Source: an uncultured Parachlamydiaceae bacterium (GTDB lineage: Bacteria; Chlamydiota; Chlamydiia; Chlamydiales; Parachlamydiaceae). Taken from it: a stretch of DNA of 64,000 nt. A program made the position numbers and the translations under genes. The DNA is taken from the NCBI GenBank assembly GCA_963752155.1, contig CAVVXH010000006.1, forward strand, positions 1 to 64,000, given 5' to 3'. Below the pieces are notes generated by a model, which was not told the DNA's origin, searched no databases, and saw nothing but the letters and a program-made list of their open reading frames with translations. Shown in pieces: positions 38,490 through 48,616 of the stretch (its first letter is position 1; each line of letters starts with the position of its first letter).

Positions 38490-40853
38490 ATTATGTGGAT
38501 GGTTAATAGCTCAATCAATCTACGATTCTGAAGAAAAATTGGCATATCCGCTTGAATGGAACCATGATTCTCATGGAAATATCATTTATGAAAAAGACGC
38601 CTTGGGAAATGTGACAATATCACAATACGATGCCAATGACAATCTCATCTTCGAACAGAAGCCTGATGCAGCACCCCGCTATCTTTTTTATGATTTCATG
38701 AACCGACTAACTAGTGAAAGACAAGAAGGCTTAAAAGAGAATCTCTATAGGCATTATTGCTACGATGCTATGGGAAATTGCATTTCAAGTACTGACATCA
38801 ACGACAATAAAACGCTACATGAATATGATTCTCATGGACGTTTGATTAAAACCATTTAAAGACAACAATAGAAGCTTTAGGAACTCCGGATCAAAAAACG
38901 ACTCAAAGAGAATACACTTCTACGGGTAATCTTAAAGCATTAATTAAAAATGATGGCACCAAGCTCTCTTACACTTATGATGGTTTAGGTCGCAATATAA
39001 CATTAAAGTCTTCCGATGGAAAAATATTTTATAGCTATCGTTACGACCTCAACGATAACCTTCTTGAAGCAAAGGATAAAATAAATAAGACTGCCATTAC
39101 ACGCACCTATGATTGGTATAATCAACTGATCACTGACAAGCAACCCTATGGCCACACATGGACTTATGCTTATGATTTGCTTGGACACGTAAAGCAAATT
39201 TCTCTGCCAGATGGAACAACCATTTCTTATGACTATCGAGGCAATCGTCTTCACACAATCACAAGGCAAGGGATTCTTTCCTATCAACAAAAATATATCG
39301 CGTATGATCAATCTTCTAATCCCACGCGCATTTGCTTACCTAAGAAGGCGGGAATATTACGTAACAGTTACGACCTCCTTAACAGGGTTACTGCCATCGA
39401 TACAACTCATTGGGAAGAGACATTAAAATATAATGTCCATTTGCTCAAGCAACGTACTTTGCGTGATAAAATAGGAAAAAATGTTTCCACATATACTTAC
39501 GATGCTCGAGATCAACTATTGTCTGAAAAAGGGACTGCAAAACATACCTTCGAGTATGATTGGCAAGGAAATCCTATTGCATATGATGGGCATTCTCGTG
39601 AATTTAATGCTTGTAATGCTTTGCTTAAAGATAAGAATCATCACTTTAGCCACGATCTTAACGGTAATCGTATTTCGGATGGAATGAATCAATATCGTTA
39701 TGATGCTTTGGATCGCCTCATTGAAGTCAAAACGCCCACTGATACATACTTCTACATCTATGATGCTTTCGGAAGGCGCATAGCACGGAAGCATAAGTAT
39801 CATAAAGAAAATAAAATACACTTTCTTTGGCAGAAAGACCAAGAAATAGGCACAGTATCATTAGATGGTGTTATCCAAGAGCTGCAAGTTTTAACTCCAT
39901 TTAACCGTGCAATAGCCTTTGAGCTCCAGGGCGTACTTTATGTACCTCTCCATGATGTATTTGGTCACGTTAGAGCCTTATTGGACAGTACCGGCAATTG
40001 CATTACAACCTATCGTTACAGTGCTTTTGGCGAAGAACAAATTCAAGGAAATCAAGAAGAAATCCTTCCTCCATGGCGCTATGCAGGCAAACGAATTGAT
40101 CCTGAAACTAAGTTTATTAATTTTAGCAAACGTTATTATGACCCCAAAACACTTTGTTGGTTAACTCCTGATCCGATTGGGGATGCTGCTGGTCCAAATT
40201 GTTATGTCTATGTACAAAATAATCCCTTGTATTATATTGATCCTGATGGACGGGCTGCATTTTTTGCACCTGTGGTATTGTTAATAGAATGGTTCACTGT
40301 CACATGGGGAGGAACTGCAGCTGTAGCTACTGCCGGAACTGCGGCAGTTGGGACGACTGCAGCAGTAGGAACCACTGCGGCAGTCGGAACGACAGTTGCA
40401 GCTGGAACGACAATTTCATTCGTTACTGCTGAAACTGTTGGAGCCACGGTTATTGCTTTTGGCCTAGGATTGGCTGCCCATGAAGGAGTGAAGGCATTAG
40501 ATATCTATGCAAATAGCGTGAGCAAAGAGAATTCTGGAAAAGACAGAAAACGTAAAGAGAGGCCAAATAATGTGAAAGGGGGTCCTCCAAGGCATCCTCT
40601 TACTTCAGATTATTTGCCAGACCCAGCTGCTGAAGGTACGCCTCATACAACAACCGGAATAAGAAAGGGTTCAGACGGCAAACCGTATAAGCAGGGTGCC
40701 ACATTTGATGAAAATGGAAAATTTGAAGGACGGACAGATTTAACTGATCATGGTAGAGGTGATCATCCTAATCCGCATTTTCATCCTGCAACTAGACCCA
40801 ACGCTGCAGATAGCAAAGCAGAACCAATAAATTTTTTGAGAGGAAGTTACTAA
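38490..40853 (+). pseudogene. 5'-truncated, internally broken Rhs/YD-repeat toxin with His-rich C-terminal tip (Ntox24-like, predicted nuclease)
   Basis: YD repeats, frame break near 38857, core PWRYAGKRIDPETKFINFSKRYYDP...NNPLYYIDPDG, tip RTDLTDHGRGDHPNPHFH. Confidence 0.85.
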
Positions 40854-41329
40854 TGGATAATAATATAAACTCTAAATGGCATCAAATTATAATTGACGAT
40901 CCAGGATGTTTACCTGGAAAAATTATTTTCGATGTTATTCACTATTTATTAAAATTTGTTCATTTTAAATATGTCATTCTTAATGATATCGTGGGTGCAG
41001 CACAAAACGGCCTAATGCCGTTATTATGGGACATGGAAAATTCAGCTATTGAGCTAGACGATTTCTTGAATATTGTTTGTAACGTCCAACAGTTTGATTT
41101 TGGAGATTTTTTTTTGTTTAAAGAATATCCGGCGACATGGGATAATCCTGAGATAACAACATATCCATATTTGATTGCACAAACTGACACAACTGTCAGA
41201 GCTATAGATGATCAATATGTCTATATCTATACCCCATTTAAGACGATTGCGGATGGTCTAGAATTAACTAATTATAAGATCGAGAGCATTAAAACTAATT
41301 TTCTGGATCAATTGGAATATCCTACCTAA
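40853..41329 (+). CDS. Putative cognate immunity protein
   Basis: TAATG overlap with the toxin stop; acidic, AT-rich, 158 aa. Confidence 0.75.
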   Translation: MDNNINSKWHQIIIDDPGCLPGKIIFDVIHYLLKFVHFKYVILNDIVGAAQNGLMPLLWDMENSAIELDDFLNIVCNVQQFDFGDFFLFKEYPATWDNPEITTYPYLIAQTDTTVRAIDDQYVYIYTPFKTIADGLELTNYKIESIKTNFLDQLEYPT

Positions 41330-41371
41330 AATTTTGGATTTTCATAGTTTTGAACTAAATTTGATTGGAAA

Positions 41372-41764
41372 TTGATGGAAAATTTTTTTGAAGAAACAGC
41401 ACTAAATGTAGTGGGATTAGATGATTCTGAATGGCTATCATATTCTTATGCAAATAATCAACTAGTGATTACTATTAAAAATTGGTCTCTTCAGTATGTT
41501 GTTGTTACATTTAATGGTGTGATTTCATTTATAGATTGGAGAGAAATTATGTATATTTCTAAGCTTTATCGAAATAAATCTAAAACTCAATTTTTTGAAA
41601 AATCTTTAAGTAAATTATCGGTGTGTAATGAAGACATAAATCATGATAATTATTTATATAAATTATTTCAATTTGTAGACAAAATTGGTGATTCTTGTAT
41701 GCAAATAGTCTGTATAGATTTTGAATTTCAAATACACAAAGAATCGGAATTTAAAAAACTATGA
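41372..41764 (+). CDS. Putative orphan immunity protein
   Basis: Very AT-rich small ORF in the post-Rhs array; paralogue of the next gene (KLFQF.D....MqI.CIDFE). Confidence 0.6.
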   Translation: MMENFFEETALNVVGLDDSEWLSYSYANNQLVITIKNWSLQYVVVTFNGVISFIDWREIMYISKLYRNKSKTQFFEKSLSKLSVCNEDINHDNYLYKLFQFVDKIGDSCMQIVCIDFEFQIHKESEFKKL

Positions 41765-41778
41765 GAAAAAGCAGGTGA

Positions 41779-42166
41779 TATGGAAATTGACTTTGATGAA
41801 ATTAAATTGGATTTTCAATTAAATAATGCTAAGTTGGTATCTTATTATCAATCCAAACTTGAAAATGATGTTATTGTTAAGGTTAAAACTAACGACATCC
41901 ATAATCTGGAGTTCGTTTTTAAAGAAGTAATTATGTTGATCTACTGAAACGATGATATAAATAAAATGTGTTTAAAAAAAACAATAACTAATTATTTCCA
42001 GTGTGCAATTAATAAATCATATCAATCGATATTCCATCCCATTCCCACAACACCTCGAGAAAAGTTATTTCAATTCCTTGATTCTGCAAACGAACCTTCC
42101 ATGGAAATTGCTTGTATAGACTTCGAATGTAGATTATGCAAAGATGTTGATAACAACTCCTATTAA
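41779..42166 (+). pseudogene. Paralogous orphan immunity gene with internal stop
   Basis: AGGTG RBS, MEIDFDEIKLDFQLNNAKLVSYY, TGA at about 41945; C-terminal KLFQFLDSANEPSMEIACIDFE. Confidence 0.6.
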
Positions 42167-42212
42167 TTTTTCGAGCACAAGCATGCACAGAGGTACAAAC
42201 AATTGGTGAGAA

Positions 42213-42419
42213 TTGCTCTTTTTTGGAGTTATTCAGGAAAAAAGGATTGACATTGAAACCAAATTTGTTGTACATAACACTTCTTTGTCCTATGAAGCTC
42301 ATGGCCCTATAGAAAGACCTAACGTTAAAGAAACCAAGGTTAATCCTTTGGCCGATGGAATTTATCGCCGAGGAAAACCAACAGTTAGACACCCCAGACC
42401 TGAAGAAATTCCTAATTAA
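42213..42419 (+). pseudogene. Orphan toxin-tip fragment (Ntox24-like end)
   Basis: KRIDI...AHGPIERPNV...VRHPRPEEIPN*, followed by an RBS and a truncated ORF (MKKILFKDL). Confidence 0.45.
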
Positions 42420-42548
42420 GGAACATAAATGAAAAAGATTTTATTTAAAGATTTAGACAAATGGATGCAAATAAATAAACATCATCATTTAAAATATGAT
42501 GATTAAAGTAAAAACTTGCGAACAATACCTTAAATCTGTCGTCACCTT

Positions 42549-42959
42549 ATGATTTTTTTTATGAACATACCGGACTATCCAAGTTATTTCCATGATGGAA
42601 GTATTATTGCAATTAAGCAAAATGAAAAAATAATTGAAATTCGGATGGAAAGTTCTGAAATTATTCCGGAATGGGGAGTTAAAGTTCCTCTTACAAATCG
42701 TAACACTATAGCAGGCAATTTGATTTTGTTTGACGTTAAAAAAATTTTTATTGACAAAACTTCGGCTATAAAATTAAGTTGGGAATTTGATTCTTGTGAA
42801 ATTCTATCATTTGAAATTTCTGGGGATGCAATGGATCTTTTTGTCAGATGGTGTAATTATCCTCCAAAAGAACGAACTTCAAAATATGAAAGTATTATTA
42901 TTCAAGCAAGTCAAATAGAATGGGAAAATATGCCTGAATACTGCAATGAAAATAATTAA
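42549..42959 (+). CDS. Putative orphan immunity protein (FHDG motif)
   Basis: YFHDGSIIAI N-terminal motif, acidic, beta-rich. Confidence 0.6.
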   Translation: MIFFMNIPDYPSYFHDGSIIAIKQNEKIIEIRMESSEIIPEWGVKVPLTNRNTIAGNLILFDVKKIFIDKTSAIKLSWEFDSCEILSFEISGDAMDLFVRWCNYPPKERTSKYESIIIQASQIEWENMPEYCNENN

Positions 42960-43172
42960 CTATATCACTTCATTTAAATCTTGGCATGGTTTTATTAATA
43001 AAATAAAGACCAAATTCAATGTTAAGAAAATTATATATATATTAAAATTTGAAAAACAATAAAAAGGATTAATGTTGAAACTGGTGGTACACATACCAAT
43101 GTTCATAATTGGGAAAATATAAAAACTGGAGAAAAAACAGGATTTAAATTTAAATAGTCAAAAGGATTTTAA

Positions 43173-43685
43173 ATGAAAATAATATTCGATAAAGAAAAAA
43201 ATGATAAATATGAATTTCTAAAAATAGGAAAGGAATATTGTGTTTATGGAATGATGATGTTAGAGCAAAAACTTTATTATTTTATTTGTGATTTTGATGA
43301 GACTTGCCCCAGGGCTAAACCATGTGATATTTTTAAAATTTCTGATCATCGGCTCTCTAGATATTGGATTTTTGATTATGAAGATGATGTCCCCATGTGG
43401 ATTTTTCCTGAATGGTTAAAAATTCCTTATTTTTATGATAATTTACTAGATTCATATGAAAATGAAGTTCAAATTTTCCTAGCATATAAAGAAGCTATGA
43501 ATCTTGAGTTTCCTGATTCTTTAATTACTGAAATAGCCCAAATTGGTGATGAAAAATGGCTAATCTGTCCTTTTTGTATCGATGCATGGATAAGTGAGAG
43601 TTTTATGGATGCTGTGGTTCGTTGTCCTAAATGTCGGAATATCTTAAATAATCCTCGTTATAAAAATGAATACCCTCATCTTTAA
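43173..43685 (+). CDS. Putative orphan immunity protein with C-terminal Zn ribbon
   Basis: LKIGKEYCVYG, FKISDHRLSRYW, CPFC...CPKC; preceded by a toxin-tail-like fragment HNWENIKTGEKTGFKFK* (about 43100-43157). Confidence 0.6.
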   Translation: MKIIFDKEKNDKYEFLKIGKEYCVYGMMMLEQKLYYFICDFDETCPRAKPCDIFKISDHRLSRYWIFDYEDDVPMWIFPEWLKIPYFYDNLLDSYENEVQIFLAYKEAMNLEFPDSLITEIAQIGDEKWLICPFCIDAWISESFMDAVVRCPKCRNILNNPRYKNEYPHL

Positions 43686-43859
43686 GTTAAGTTGAATAAA
43701 CTCACCTTACCATGCCAACAAGCAATAAGTGATATCGTGAAAGAATCAGGAAAAAAATGTTGAAGATTATGAGAAAATGATTATATATGAAATCTGGAAA
43801 TATAAAGATAACATATATAACAATTCCCTCTAAATTTTCGGGGACCCTCAGACCCATAA

Positions 43860-43985
43860 GTACAAAATAATCCCTTGTATTATTTTGATCCTGATGGACG
43901 AACGGATTTAACTAATCATGGTAGAGGTGATCATCCTGCAACTGGACCTAATGCTGTAGATAGCAAAGCAGAACCAATAAATTTT
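43860..43985 (+). pseudogene. Collapsed duplicate of the Rhs core end and toxin tip
   Basis: Matches 40212-40251, 40731-40769 and 40781-40835 joined in order. Confidence 0.85.
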
Positions 43986-44070
43986 CAGCAATCAGCCTGC
44001 TCAATTGCGTGGATATGGTGACCTATTTCGAATGCGCTGGCAAGCCTGCAAGCCATAACATCCAAAAAAT

Positions 44071-44292
44071 TTTTGGAGTGCGCGTGGCTTTGCCACCGCA
44101 GAACGCAGCCTCTATACGAGTCATGCCGGTAGACGTTGCCTCCATTAACTCATACTATCATTGTTACAATTTGAATTCTCCTTTGTTGTAGTGGTTTAGA
44201 AAACTAGCTTGAGTTCTATCGAGGCTACGTCTACCGGCATGACTCGTATAGAGGCTACGTTCTGCGGTGGCAAAGCCACGCGCACTCCAAAA
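44071..44292. repeat. Palindromic element family B (222 bp)
   Basis: TTTTGGAGTGCGCGTGGCTTTGCCACCGCAGAACGCAGCCTCTATACGAGTCATGCCGGTAGACG arm plus inverse; conserved loop. Confidence 0.95.
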
Positions 44293-44638
44293 ATTTTTTG
44301 GATGTTATGATCAAAGGTGCATACTTAATTAGAAATCACATATTTTGGATCCGGAAATGAGGGAAGAAATGACAAAGGTTTGGTCGAAAAACGTCGTTTC
44401 GTCAGACCTGATATTCTGACATTGCCCTTTCGAGAGGTCTTGTTTTCGTTTAGGCAAATAGATGTACCCGTATAAGATTGAGGAAAAAATGCATGAAATT
44501 ATTTTGATCAAAAAATATTGCAATTCAAGCTTTTGTTGGAAGAATTTATTAAAATATAAGAAAGTACCAGAATTAATGGGATCCAAAATATGTGACTTCT
44601 AATTAAGTATGCACCTTTGATCATAACATCCAAAAAAT

Positions 44639-44860
44639 TTTTGGAGTGCACGTGGCTTTGCCACCGCAGGACGGAGCCTCTATACGAGTCATGCCGGTAG
44701 ACGTTGCCTCCATTAACTCATACTATCGTTGTTACAATTTGAATTTTCCTTTGTTGTAGCGGTTTAGAAAACTTGCTTGAGTTCTATCGAGGCTACGTCT
44801 GCCGGCATGACTCGTATAGAGGCTGCGTTCTGCGGTGGCAAAGCCACGCGCACTCCAAAA
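44639..44860. repeat. Palindromic element family B
   Basis: Near-identical to 44071-44292 including the loop. Confidence 0.95.
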
Positions 44861-44948
44861 AATTTTAGCAGAATAATAAATATCGATTGTCAAGAGAAAC
44901 AAAATTTGTTAAACTTAAAATCTCACCCTCACCTTAGGTATTCGTTAT

Positions 44949-47432
44949 ATGGATAGACGTACGTTAATATTTTCTCTTGCCATGCTTCTCACGCTTTTTG
45001 GCGTTAAGACCTATTTTGATTGGCAATATGAAGAAAAGGTTCAACAATGGCACATCGAACAACACGCTAAAAATCTCACCAAACTTCAACAGCTCCAAGA
45101 AAAAATTGATGAAGAAACAGCTATAAACAGTGAACTACCTATCGAAGCGTTCTACGCTGACGAAGAAGGGACAACGCTTTTAGCCAACGGATTACATATT
45201 GGCGATGCTATTTATACAACCTCCTGGACAGCCAATTCTCCTTCCACCGTCTATATCCCTGCAAAGGATAGCACTCAACCTGCCAAAAAATTTACTCTTA
45301 CGTTAGATGCTAAAAAAATCGGAGATTTTCTTCTTTATCGTCAAAATCCTAAAGAGCCTTTGCTTCTTGGTGACTTACCTGATGTTGGAACCGAAGATGT
45401 CCAAATCATCGTTTTAGACAACATCGACCAAAATACCCAGCCTTCAATTTATCTAGCCGAATATGCCAATAACATTTTAAGCATCTCAGATGATAAGCAA
45501 GAATTGCTCAAGCAAAAACTTGACCCAAATCACCAACCTAAATCTTTAGCCCATACAGGCATCGCTGTGGTCAAATCCGGCGAACACTACCTGCCTGTCG
45601 GTGTATATTACGGAGCAAAAAAGACTTTTACTCCATTTGAAGATTTAATGCCCCTCAAAGCCACGGCAGCTTCAGCCAAAAAGACAACCCAAGAGTATTA
45701 CGTCCTCGAAAACGAATATCAACAACTCGTCATTTCGAATGTTGGTGGAGCTCTCGTCGAAATTAACTTGCCTTTTGAAACACCCACTCACCCAAAAAGC
45801 GTCGTCAAACCCATTGAATTCGACAAAGATATTGAACATGACCATCCTTATAATGACCATTTTCCGGCTCATCCTTATTATACTGCCGGCAACAAGCCTC
45901 AAGGTCCTTACATAGAACACCCAGAAGGTTCAGTCGGAGGCTATTATCCTCTTTTAAGACGCGATTTGATCGAAACAGGGCAATGGCAATCGGTACAAGT
46001 AAACCCTCGTTACTATGCATTAAACCTTCATTCTGATAATCCTGAAACTGCTGAAGCGATCTTCACTGTCAAACACTTTGACGCCACCACACTTGTGCTT
46101 GAATCGCAACAAAAAAAACGCACCATCACCAAAACATTTAAACTTTCCCAAGATGGAGCCCCCTATACCTTTGATTTATCAATCAAAGTAGAAGGCGACA
46201 AACGAGGCCTTTGGATTAGTTCCGGTATTCCCGAAGTCGAACTTTTTTCCGGCTCCCCTGAACCCGTTTTAAAGTATCGAATCACACGGAACCAAAAGCC
46301 TTCAGTCGAAATGATTGCCCTTCCAAAAGAATCAACGACGAATAGTTCAACTCATCCCGATTGGCTCGGCAATTCCAACGGATTTTTTGGAATTATTATG
46401 GACCCTCTCGGAGACGTGAGCGATGGTTTTTTAGCTTCATTTGTCCCAGGTCAAACAGTTCCATCCCGCTTAGTAGAAATCGATCAATCTTATGATCGTT
46501 TCCAAGCCGAGAACTTTCCTGGATATCAGTTAATGATTCCTTTCAAGCCTACTCAAAAAATAATGAATTTACGCATATTTGCAGGACCCTTTTCCAGCGA
46601 AATCCTTAAAACCGTCGACAACATCTACTCTGACCTCGCTACCGGATATACCCCAGATTACATTGCCATTCAAAGTTATCATGGCTACTTTTCATTCATT
46701 TCGGAGCCATTTGCCAAATTCCTTTTTATCTTAATGAAGTTTTTTTACAATATTACCGGATCTTGGGCGTTTTCGATCATTCTCTTAACTGTAGCTTTAC
46801 GGATCATGATGTACCCCTTAAACGCATGGTCTACAAAATCGATGATTGGGATGCAACAGATTGCTCCCCAAGTGGCTGAAATCCAAGAACGGAATAAAAA
46901 AGATCCAAAAAAAGCCCAGATGGAAATCATGGAGCTTTATCGGGAAAAAGGGGTAAATCCTCTAACCGGCTGCATTCCCATGCTGATCCAGATTCCCTTT
47001 CTGATTGGAATGTTTGATTTACTTAAAACCACGTATGAGCTACGGGGGGCTTCTTTTATTCCTGGTTGGATTGATAATCTCACTTCTCCAGACGTATTAT
47101 TTAGTTGGAAAACACCTATATTTTTTATTGGCAATCAATTCCATTTACTCCCCTTTCTTCTTGGCGGAGTTATGCTCCTACAACAACGAATGTTCGCTCC
47201 TAAAATTGATCCAGATAAACTGACAGATCAACAAAGACAACAAAAAGCAATGACAACATTTATGCCTTTAATCTTTACGATAATGTTCTATCATTTTCCA
47301 TCTGGATTAAACATTTATTGGCTTTCCTCAACATTACTTGGAATACTGCAACAATGGTGGATGCAAAGACAACAAGCCAATTTACCAACTAAAACCATCA
47401 GCTATCATTATCCCAAAAGGAAAAAAAAATAG
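44949..47432 (+). CDS. yidC: Membrane protein insertase YidC (long chlamydial form)
   Basis: SIILLTVALRIMMYPL, ELYREKGVNPLTGCIPMLIQIPFL, ELRGASF, PSGLNIYW. Confidence 0.97.
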   Translation: MDRRTLIFSLAMLLTLFGVKTYFDWQYEEKVQQWHIEQHAKNLTKLQQLQEKIDEETAINSELPIEAFYADEEGTTLLANGLHIGDAIYTTSWTANSPSTVYIPAKDSTQPAKKFTLTLDAKKIGDFLLYRQNPKEPLLLGDLPDVGTEDVQIIVLDNIDQNTQPSIYLAEYANNILSISDDKQELLKQKLDPNHQPKSLAHTGIAVVKSGEHYLPVGVYYGAKKTFTPFEDLMPLKATAASAKKTTQEYYVLENEYQQLVISNVGGALVEINLPFETPTHPKSVVKPIEFDKDIEHDHPYNDHFPAHPYYTAGNKPQGPYIEHPEGSVGGYYPLLRRDLIETGQWQSVQVNPRYYALNLHSDNPETAEAIFTVKHFDATTLVLESQQKKRTITKTFKLSQDGAPYTFDLSIKVEGDKRGLWISSGIPEVELFSGSPEPVLKYRITRNQKPSVEMIALPKESTTNSSTHPDWLGNSNGFFGIIMDPLGDVSDGFLASFVPGQTVPSRLVEIDQSYDRFQAENFPGYQLMIPFKPTQKIMNLRIFAGPFSSEILKTVDNIYSDLATGYTPDYIAIQSYHGYFSFISEPFAKFLFILMKFFYNITGSWAFSIILLTVALRIMMYPLNAWSTKSMIGMQQIAPQVAEIQERNKKDPKKAQMEIMELYREKGVNPLTGCIPMLIQIPFLIGMFDLLKTTYELRGASFIPGWIDNLTSPDVLFSWKTPIFFIGNQFHLLPFLLGGVMLLQQRMFAPKIDPDKLTDQQRQQKAMTTFMPLIFTIMFYHFPSGLNIYWLSSTLLGILQQWWMQRQQANLPTKTISYHYPKRKKK

Positions 47433-47506
47433 TTATTAAAAGAAAAACATAACCAATTGTGGTTGGAAGAAATTTCATAATATGCGAACATGTAAATAGG
47501 TAGATA

Positions 47507-48550
47507 ATGCTCTATGAAAGAGGTCTTATGAGATACATTATTACTTTAGTAATCACCGTCCTCGGATGTGTGACAAGCCACTTATCAGCCAATGAGATGA
47601 CCGAACATGTCGGAATATCGTGGCTGACAAACTATGAAGAAGCTGTTGACAAAGCCAAAAGCTCTTCTAAACCGCTCATCCTTTTTTTCACCGGCTCCGA
47701 TTGGTGTAGCTGGTGTAATAAGCTTGAAAAAGAAGTCTTTGATTCTCAGGAATTTGCAAAAATGGCCGGTCAGAATTATATTTTTCTTAAACTCGATTTT
47801 CCTCTCTATAGTCCAGTCTCACCTCAACTAAGTGCTCAGAACAAACAACTGCAGAAAAAATATGATGTCCGCAGTTTTCCAATACTTGTCATTCTCGATT
47901 CCTCAGCCCAACAACAAATTGGAGTGACAGGGTATCGTACAGGTGGTGGACGCCTTTATGCTGAGCATCTTAAAAAAATGGTGGACAATCATACAAGTTA
48001 CAAAGATAAACTTCAAAGTTCTCAAACCCAAAAGTTATCGGGTCTTGAACTCCGTAAGCTTTATGAAAAATCTAAAGAATTGGATCTGCCAAATGATACA
48101 AGCTACCTCCTTAAAATAGGGATGGAATCGGAGCTAAAAAACTACTTTCTCACCGAAAGATATCGTTTTTTAGCTGAAGAAGGGCATATTCATGACCCGG
48201 AAGCTGTTGCGATCAAGCAACAGCTCCTTGCTCTAGATCCCAACAATGAACTTCACTCACACTATGACTTAGCCGTCATTGAATTTGAAGCCTACAGCGA
48301 AGAAAAAGGACGAAATAAAGATTTCGCAATAGAACCTCTACTAGATTACATCGATAAATTTGGCAGTCAAGATAAGGGGAATCTATGGCGCTTAGAAATG
48401 ATTATCTCCCAAGTCTATCTAGATAAAAATCAACTCACAGCTTCCCTTAAACATGCACAAGCTTCCTATGATGCTTCTCCCCCTTCCGTTCAAGGAGAAA
48501 TTGCCTCTGCAATCAGGAGCATCCAATCTCAACTTAATGTTGGACGTTAA
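47507..48550 (+). CDS. DsbH-like thioredoxin-fold protein with C-terminal helical domain
   Basis: Signal peptide; FFTGSDWCSWCNKL CxxC; LDFP; VRSFP cis-Pro loop. Confidence 0.88.
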   Translation: MLYERGLMRYIITLVITVLGCVTSHLSANEMTEHVGISWLTNYEEAVDKAKSSSKPLILFFTGSDWCSWCNKLEKEVFDSQEFAKMAGQNYIFLKLDFPLYSPVSPQLSAQNKQLQKKYDVRSFPILVILDSSAQQQIGVTGYRTGGGRLYAEHLKKMVDNHTSYKDKLQSSQTQKLSGLELRKLYEKSKELDLPNDTSYLLKIGMESELKNYFLTERYRFLAEEGHIHDPEAVAIKQQLLALDPNNELHSHYDLAVIEFEAYSEEKGRNKDFAIEPLLDYIDKFGSQDKGNLWRLEMIISQVYLDKNQLTASLKHAQASYDASPPSVQGEIASAIRSIQSQLNVGR

Positions 48551-48616
48551 GGCCGTTAATAAACATCTTGATTAAATTACATGTTTCCATTACGCTAACA
48601 AAAATGATCCCTTTCT

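Noticed and set aside
44055..44860. Possible CRISPR array or integron attC cassettes
   Set aside because: Repeats are over 200 bp with identical loops; no unique spacers, cas genes, integrase or cassette ORFs between them
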